Shown here: positions 9,044 through 13,822 of the stretch, piece by piece
Position numbering within the stretch: the stretch's first letter is position 1
How the letters are laid out: each line of letters opens with the position of its first letter
NCBI GenBank assembly: GCA_963777605.1
Contig: CAVZRV010000004.1
Coordinates: forward strand, 1-13,822
Source: an uncultured Acidobacteriota bacterium
GTDB lineage: Bacteria > Acidobacteriota > UBA6911 > RPQK01 > JAPXNP01
Reading direction: 5' to 3'
Length of the DNA: 13,822 nt
Position numbers and translations under genes: made by a program
Notes under the pieces: generated by a model
Seen by the model: only the letters and a program-made list of their open reading frames with translations
Database searches by the model: none
Told to the model about the DNA's origin: nothing

Positions 9044-9374
9044 AATGGGGTAGTCCCCAAACCTATGGCAAGTTTCACAGTCTGAATAATCCACAGAGGC
9101 CGCCGGGGCGGAGCTGATTTGGCAACAGAAACAGGGAAAACGGCAGCGTGGAGGCTCGAATAGCCTCACTCACCCGGCGGAAGACCTGACCGCGGCTCTG
9201 TCGAATCGACTCACAACCGCGGCTTTCTGTCCCGCCATGTGATTAACAAAGTCCGAAAGGGATTCAACCTGAAGAGCCAATCCGAATCCCGAGACCCACA
9301 CTGATCCTGGGCGCCTCAGACACAATACCCGGCCACTCGAGTTTGAGAATTTCCTGATCGAAGTGACCACTCTA

Positions 9375-10859
9375 TCAGAGGTCACTCCCCGCCAGCAGTC
9401 CCAAAAGTCCCCTTACCTGTTCAGAAACCCCGGCAGCAAGATCGCCGGATCCATCGTAACCGACATGCTTGTACTGGATGATGCCGTCACCGTCTGAGAT
9501 GTATATTGCCGGGATCTCTCCCAGCCCGAAAAGCCGAGGAGCGTCCAGGCTTCGCACGACTGGAAAGGTCAGCTTTCGCTTCTTCAGAAAATCCCGAACT
9601 GAGCCATCCCGCTCGTCCAGGCTGATCGCGATTACGCGGACCCGGGGATCGTCCTTGAAGAGTTGGTACACCTTCTCCACCTCGGGGAGTTCCTTCACAC
9701 ACGGACCGCACCAGGTTGCCCAGAACGCCAGAACTCCGACCCTGCCGTCGAAATCCGATCGGTCGACACTGCTCTCGTCCAGTGTCCGGAAGGAGAACTC
9801 CGGAAGACTCCGTGCGTAACGCCGACGCGCTGCGGCAATCGCCTCATCGAGCGACAGATTCGCAGGAGCTTCCTCCAACGAAACGACGGATGTCGCACCA
9901 GCGGACTGATTGAAGGCAAGCACCAGGGCTCTCAACGCATCGGGCCCGCCTGGCGTCATCTCCAGGAGTGTTCCACGGGCTGCGTCATTCCGGTATCGGA
10001 TCAACGCCTCGAGGTAATGCTCCCGGGCTAATTCCTTCTTCCCCTGCTGTTCGAACAAGTTTCCCAACAATAGATGAATCTCGGAGGCATCCTCTTCCGC
10101 TTCGTTGAGAAGTTTGCTCGGCCAAGCTGTTTCGTCCACGGCTTCGATAATCGGCTGCAGCACATCGATTGCCTTTGCTTCTGAGCCGAGTTGGACGTCG
10201 AGCTTTGAGATTTCCAGCGCAATGTAGGCGCGATCCAGAAGCGCTCGCAGCCTGCAATCTCTTTCACTCGGTCTACCATAAGCGTTAATGGCAACCCCGG
10301 GCATATTCTCGGGAATCGCCGCGTTGAAAGCCTCCTCATAAAGGCGCAGGGCGAGGTTGGGCAAACCCTCTTCAACCATATGGCTGCCGAACCGGACATA
10401 CAGGATGTGGTTCGGATAGTGCTTCGCCAGGATCGTTTCCGCCAGCTCAGTTCGGTGATCTTTCTGGTTCGATGACTTAAAGAGAAACTCACACGCGTCG
10501 AGAAGCAGCGATGGATGTTGATCAAGGAGCTTGGCATCGTCGAGGACGGCGTGGGCCAGTTCGGCCCCTTTGTTTACATCGTGGGTCGCGTAGTAATCGA
10601 GCAGCCCGCGGTAGGCGACATTGATGTTGGCGTACCCGGGGTATTCATCAATCAGCTGTTGCCAGATTCTCGCCTTCTCAGCCTCGCCACTTGCATTCAA
10701 GCCAAGGTGATAAAGGTGATCAGGCGTTTCGCTCGCCGCCGGCTTCGCAGGGCGGGATGCCTCTGGCGAGACATTTCCCGTCTGCATGTCTTGTGAACAG
10801 GAGCAGCCGAGAGCGAACGCAAGGCAGAAACCGAGAACCCCACAGGACCCGCGTGTCAT
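9375..10859 (-). CDS. TlpA/ResA-like thiol-disulfide oxidoreductase lipoprotein with N-terminal helical TPR-like region
   Basis: Lipoprotein-type signal (LAFALG-C), helical repeats (EIHLLLGNLFEQQGKKELAREHYLEAL) and a C-terminal thioredoxin fold with FWATWCGPC, VIAISLD and IPAIYI. Confidence 0.88.
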   Translation of the reverse strand: MTRGSCGVLGFCLAFALGCSCSQDMQTGNVSPEASRPAKPAASETPDHLYHLGLNASGEAEKARIWQQLIDEYPGYANINVAYRGLLDYYATHDVNKGAELAHAVLDDAKLLDQHPSLLLDACEFLFKSSNQKDHRTELAETILAKHYPNHILYVRFGSHMVEEGLPNLALRLYEEAFNAAIPENMPGVAINAYGRPSERDCRLRALLDRAYIALEISKLDVQLGSEAKAIDVLQPIIEAVDETAWPSKLLNEAEEDASEIHLLLGNLFEQQGKKELAREHYLEALIRYRNDAARGTLLEMTPGGPDALRALVLAFNQSAGATSVVSLEEAPANLSLDEAIAAARRRYARSLPEFSFRTLDESSVDRSDFDGRVGVLAFWATWCGPCVKELPEVEKVYQLFKDDPRVRVIAISLDERDGSVRDFLKKRKLTFPVVRSLDAPRLFGLGEIPAIYISDGDGIIQYKHVGYDGSGDLAAGVSEQVRGLLGLLAGSDL

Positions 10860-11060
10860 ACGGGCGATTCTACGAACCAGGATTCAGATATGCACCGATT
10901 ATCTGAATCGAGGCCATCGGCTCCGTCCGCAGTGACTTCCGCACAACGACCGCCCCTGATTGGCGATGCGAGCAAAAGGAGTGTCCCTGTGTCCGCGAGG
11001 TTTGCCTGGTGGAGTCAAGTGAGATCAGCACAGTCTTCGCGATCTGGCCCGAAACTCTTT

Positions 11061-11396
11061 TGGAGTGCTGAATCGACAGGTTCAGCTTTTTCCCAGCGAG
11101 GTATGTCTCCCACGGCATCAGGAAGCGAGAGCTTCCGTCTCCTCAGCCGATGGCCCCCGTCTGTCACCGAGCCGTGGACTGACGGTTCCGGTGAAATCTC
11201 TTTCCCAGAAGACGGTTCTCAGGCCTGCCGAGTGCCGGCAGGGAGCCAAATCTGAGCGGCGTTGGAGATGAGTTTCCGTCGTTCACCTTGGCGGAAGCTG
11301 TTCGCTTCCGTCCGACTTGCCGGGTTTCAAAGGGGAAGCTCTCGGTTCCGCACTTCCATACGAATTAGAGACGTGCCGGAACCGGTAGTCAAGAAT
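11061..11396. repeat. REP-like family 2 element: inverted arm (11061-11137) plus copy B of the dispersed repeat (11284-11396)
   Basis: 11284-11396 aligns with 4632-4744. GGAAGCGAGAGCTTCCG (11121-11137) is the exact reverse complement of 4640-4656. TGGAGTGCTGAA...TTCAGCTTT (11061-11089) mirrors AAAGGGGAAGC...TTCCGCACTTCCA in copy B. Confidence 0.7.
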
Positions 11397-11414
11397 CGAG
11401 TGGGTTTCTATAAT
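11386..11414 (+). promoter_or_regulatory. sigma70-type promoter of the peroxiredoxin
   Basis: TAGTCA (11386-11391), a 17-nt spacer and a perfect TATAAT (11409-11414), followed by an AAGGAGG RBS at 11441-11447. Confidence 0.65.
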
Positions 11415-11449
11415 GGAGGCTGGACAGCAAACCTATCCGGAAGGAGGGA

Positions 11450-12175
11450 ATGATGGCTGATCAGCCACAAGGATGCGCTCGGATAACGGGTACTGTTACG
11501 GGCGAAAAGCACGAAAAGGAACAGGCAGTCGAGCAAGACGCCTCTAAGGAGGAAATCATGGCCGTCCGTGTTGGGCAAAATGCCCCCGACTTTGCCGCCC
11601 CGGCTTTCTACAAGGGCGGATTTACCAATGTGAAACTTTCCGATCACTTGGGGAAGTGGGTTCTGCTCTGCTTCTATCCCGGTGACTTCACCTTCGTCTG
11701 AGCGACCGAAGTGTCGGCGGTCGCCGACAAATACGACGTGCTGCAGGGAATGGGTGTCGAGGTTATCTCGGTCAGCGTGGACAGTCATTTTGTACACAAG
11801 ATGTGGAACGACCACGAACTGGTGAAGATGGTTGACGGAGGCGTTCCCTTCGCAATGGCATCAGACCAGGCGGGCAACGTGGGAAAGGCCTACGGAGTCT
11901 TCGATGAGAACCAGGGAATCGAGCTTCGCGGACGGTTTATCATCGATCCGGATGGAGTTGTCCAGGCCATGGAAGTTCTGACCCCGCCGGTCGGTCGCCG
12001 GCTTGCAGAGACTGTTCGCCAAATCCAGGCATTTCAACATGTTCGGGCCACCAAGGGAGCCGAGGCAACTCCGGCCGGGTGGGAACCGGGCGACATTACG
12101 CTCAAACCGGGCCCGGATTTGGTTGGAAAGGTCTGGGAAGTCTGGAGTCCGTCCATGGAGAGCGCAAAGAAATAG
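11450..12175 (+). CDS. prxU: Selenocysteine-containing peroxiredoxin (AhpC/Prx1-like, PrxU type); UGA 11699-11701 read as Sec
   Basis: ORFs 11450..11701 and 11711..12175 are in the same frame, separated only by TGA. The joined sequence reads [14 protein letters not shown], placing the UGA exactly at the peroxidatic Cys of the PxxxTxxC motif. The conserved [11 protein letters not shown] and VGR motifs follow, and a SECIS hairpin lies downstream. Start is 11450/11453, with an alternative at 11558. Confidence 0.93.
11712..11729 (+). promoter_or_regulatory. Bacterial SECIS element
   Basis: Perfect 7-bp stem TGTCGGC/GCCGACA with a GGTC loop, starting 10 nt after the UGA. Position and loop sequence resemble the E. 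coli fdhF SECIS. Confidence 0.8.
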
Positions 12176-12200
12176 ACTCCGCGTCTGGTTGCTGTCGCCG

Positions 12201-12228
12201 AAAGGGGCGGGCGAACTCGCCCCTTTTT
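12201..12228 (+). terminator. Rho-independent terminator, possibly bidirectional
   Basis: AAAGGGGCGGG-cgaa-CTCGCCCCTTT followed by further Ts, between the convergent peroxiredoxin and PPIase genes. Confidence 0.8.
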
Positions 12229-12248
12229 GTCTCGGCCCGAACGCGGGC

Positions 12249-12929
12249 TCAGTTGATCAGCTTGCAGTCTTTGATGTAATCCATCTCCGGAAACTCCCGG
12301 CGCAAGTACTTGTTACCGAGGCGCTGAAGCAGATTGGGCTTCGGACCATCCCCCTTGGGCTGCAGTTCCCCGTATCCGGTATATATCGAGTCAAGAGTTT
12401 CCATCCCTTCGACAACTCGGCAAATCGGAGCGAGCCCGAAGCTGTCTAAGTCGGCGGCGTTGTCGCCAAGGTTGATGAACAGCTGTGTCGTGCGCGAATT
12501 CGGGGCTTCCTGGGCGAAAGACATGGTGCCACGATCGTTCGAAAGCTGGGGCTCGTCATCTCGGATTTTGGCCTCAGCCCAAATTTGAGTAACCTCGGGG
12601 TTCCCGTGCGTTCCGAACTGGACAATGTAACTCTCGATGGCCCGGTAAAACGCGACATCCTCAAAGTAACCAGCCTTGACCAGGTTGTAGAAGCGGTCTA
12701 CACCGTAGGGAGCCCACTCCCGGTTGCAGCGGACGGTAAAAGCGCCCTTCGTCGTCTCGACGAGGACAGAGAACTCCGCGGGCGCCTCCGCCTTCATCAG
12801 TGCAGGAGAAAATAGTCCGGGGTTGACATCGGGTTCGACGGCCCGCGGGACAGGTTCAGGAGTCGAGGAACATCCCCAGAAGGAAGACACACCCAACAGA
12901 AACACCAATCGCAGAAGCCGACGGCTCAT
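12249..12929 (-). CDS. Cyclophilin-type peptidyl-prolyl cis-trans isomerase, probable lipoprotein
   Basis: Motifs VETTKGAF, WAPYGVDRFYNLV, FYRAI...VQFG, NDRGTMSFA, RTTQLFINL and RVVEGM. Signal MSRRLLRLVFLLGVSSFWG-C, with ATG 12929 after a GGGAAGG RBS. Confidence 0.9.
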   Translation of the reverse strand: MSRRLLRLVFLLGVSSFWGCSSTPEPVPRAVEPDVNPGLFSPALMKAEAPAEFSVLVETTKGAFTVRCNREWAPYGVDRFYNLVKAGYFEDVAFYRAIESYIVQFGTHGNPEVTQIWAEAKIRDDEPQLSNDRGTMSFAQEAPNSRTTQLFINLGDNAADLDSFGLAPICRVVEGMETLDSIYTGYGELQPKGDGPKPNLLQRLGNKYLRREFPEMDYIKDCKLIN

Positions 12930-13389
12930 GAATCCTTCCCTTCCGACAGACTGCCACATCCGGGAAGCCGTTCGGAAGGGCCGGTCCGCTGATCAGCTTC
13001 CTTGTAACATATTCCGGCTGAGCCGGGATCTTGATTGACGGTCGAAACCTCCGATCAGCTTGTCAATCACTCAGTCGGACACCTCCCATGATGCCATGGG
13101 CGGGGGGCAGTTCCGTTCCGTCAACCAGGCTCAGTTGAAGCCGGATGTCGCCAATCAACGGCTCTATATATTTCGAAGGCATTCCAATACGATCTATTCA
13201 TCATTAGGCCCGCCTTCCGCCCGAAACTCCGCCGACTGTTCCTCACGTTCGTCCCATCGCACCACAACCGTTTGCCCGCCCGGCGCTCGTGATCGATTCC
13301 CGAGTCATCCGAGGGCGTGAAGGGTGATGGCGGTGTTCCTGCTCGTGTCCCGCAGAATGTTCGGCGACTCCTTCCCCGGCGTGAGCAGC

Positions 13390-13822
13390 CTAAGCTTCAT
13401 CAAGCACCTGCCTCACCTTCTTCGCCAGTGCCTGAGTTGAAAAGGGCTTCTGAATGAACGCAAGTCCGTCGTCGAGGATTCCCCGCTTCGAGACCCGATC
13501 CTGCGTGTACCCGGACATGTAGAGCACCCGGATCTCGGGATATTGCCGAAAGACTTCCCTATAGATCTCGGTTCCGCTCAGGCCCGGCAGCACGACGTCC
13601 GTGAGTAGAAGGTCCAAACGCCCCTCGTGGCGAGCGAGAACATCGAGGCACTCGGCGCCGTCTTCAGCCTCCAGCACCGAGTAACCACGGCGGTTGAGGA
13701 TCACGGCCGCGAGTTGCCGAACCTGTTTCTCGTCCTCCACGATCATGATGGTCTCGCTGCCGCCGAGATCGGTCGGCACCGTGGCAGACGGCTCACGCTC
13801 AGGCTCAGGTACATCTGCAACA
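13390..13822 (-). CDS. C-terminal receiver (REC) domain, probably of a hybrid sensor histidine kinase (5' part outside window)
   Basis: ETIMIVEDE...LLLTDVVLPGLSG...YMSGY...FIQKPF. The frame stays open to the window edge through a Pro/Glu-rich linker (VADVPEPEREPSAT). Confidence 0.85.
   Translation of the reverse strand, partial: VADVPEPEREPSATVPTDLGGSETIMIVEDEKQVRQLAAVILNRRGYSVLEAEDGAECLDVLARHEGRLDLLLTDVVLPGLSGTEIYREVFRQYPEIRVLYMSGYTQDRVSKRGILDDGLAFIQKPFSTQALAKKVRQVLDEA

Noticed and set aside
8559-9385. Short ORFs in intergenic regions (also 4101-4852, 10870-11453 and 13060-13320)
   Set aside because: They overlap palindromic repeats, lack an RBS and have non-protein-like composition.
13032-13069. 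TGATTGAC...GTCAATCA inverted repeat upstream of the PPIase gene
   Set aside because: A single 8-bp dyad with a long spacer is too little evidence to assign a function.
1-13822. CRISPR array, tRNA or rRNA
   Set aside because: No regularly spaced direct repeats, cloverleaf or rRNA signatures were seen.

Overview
This is a GC-rich bacterial window, probably Acidobacteriota (inferred from protein domain style, not verified). Left to right: (1) an IS1634-family element whose terminal inverted repeats are visible at 1-11 and 1825-1835. (2) A cluster of signal-peptide-bearing modular proteins in two convergent units, each preceded by a sigma54-type -24/-12 motif. It contains a heavily frameshifted NxxGxxAF-repeat protein with a C-terminal 'FPQFADG' domain, two tandem non-phage proteins sharing a fibre plus Peptidase S74 (intramolecular chaperone) C-terminal module, and a short 'IPQVAEG' ORF. 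(3) A TPR-like/TlpA CxxC lipoprotein. (4) A divergently transcribed selenocysteine peroxiredoxin (PrxU-like) that the ORF track splits at an in-frame UGA; it has a clear SECIS hairpin, two strong ribosome-binding sites and no C-terminal resolving Cys. (5) A cyclophilin lipoprotein and the receiver domain of a probable hybrid histidine kinase. The larger intergenic spaces hold two families of REP-like palindromic elements. Frameshifts cluster in about 1600-5000 and may be assembly errors.
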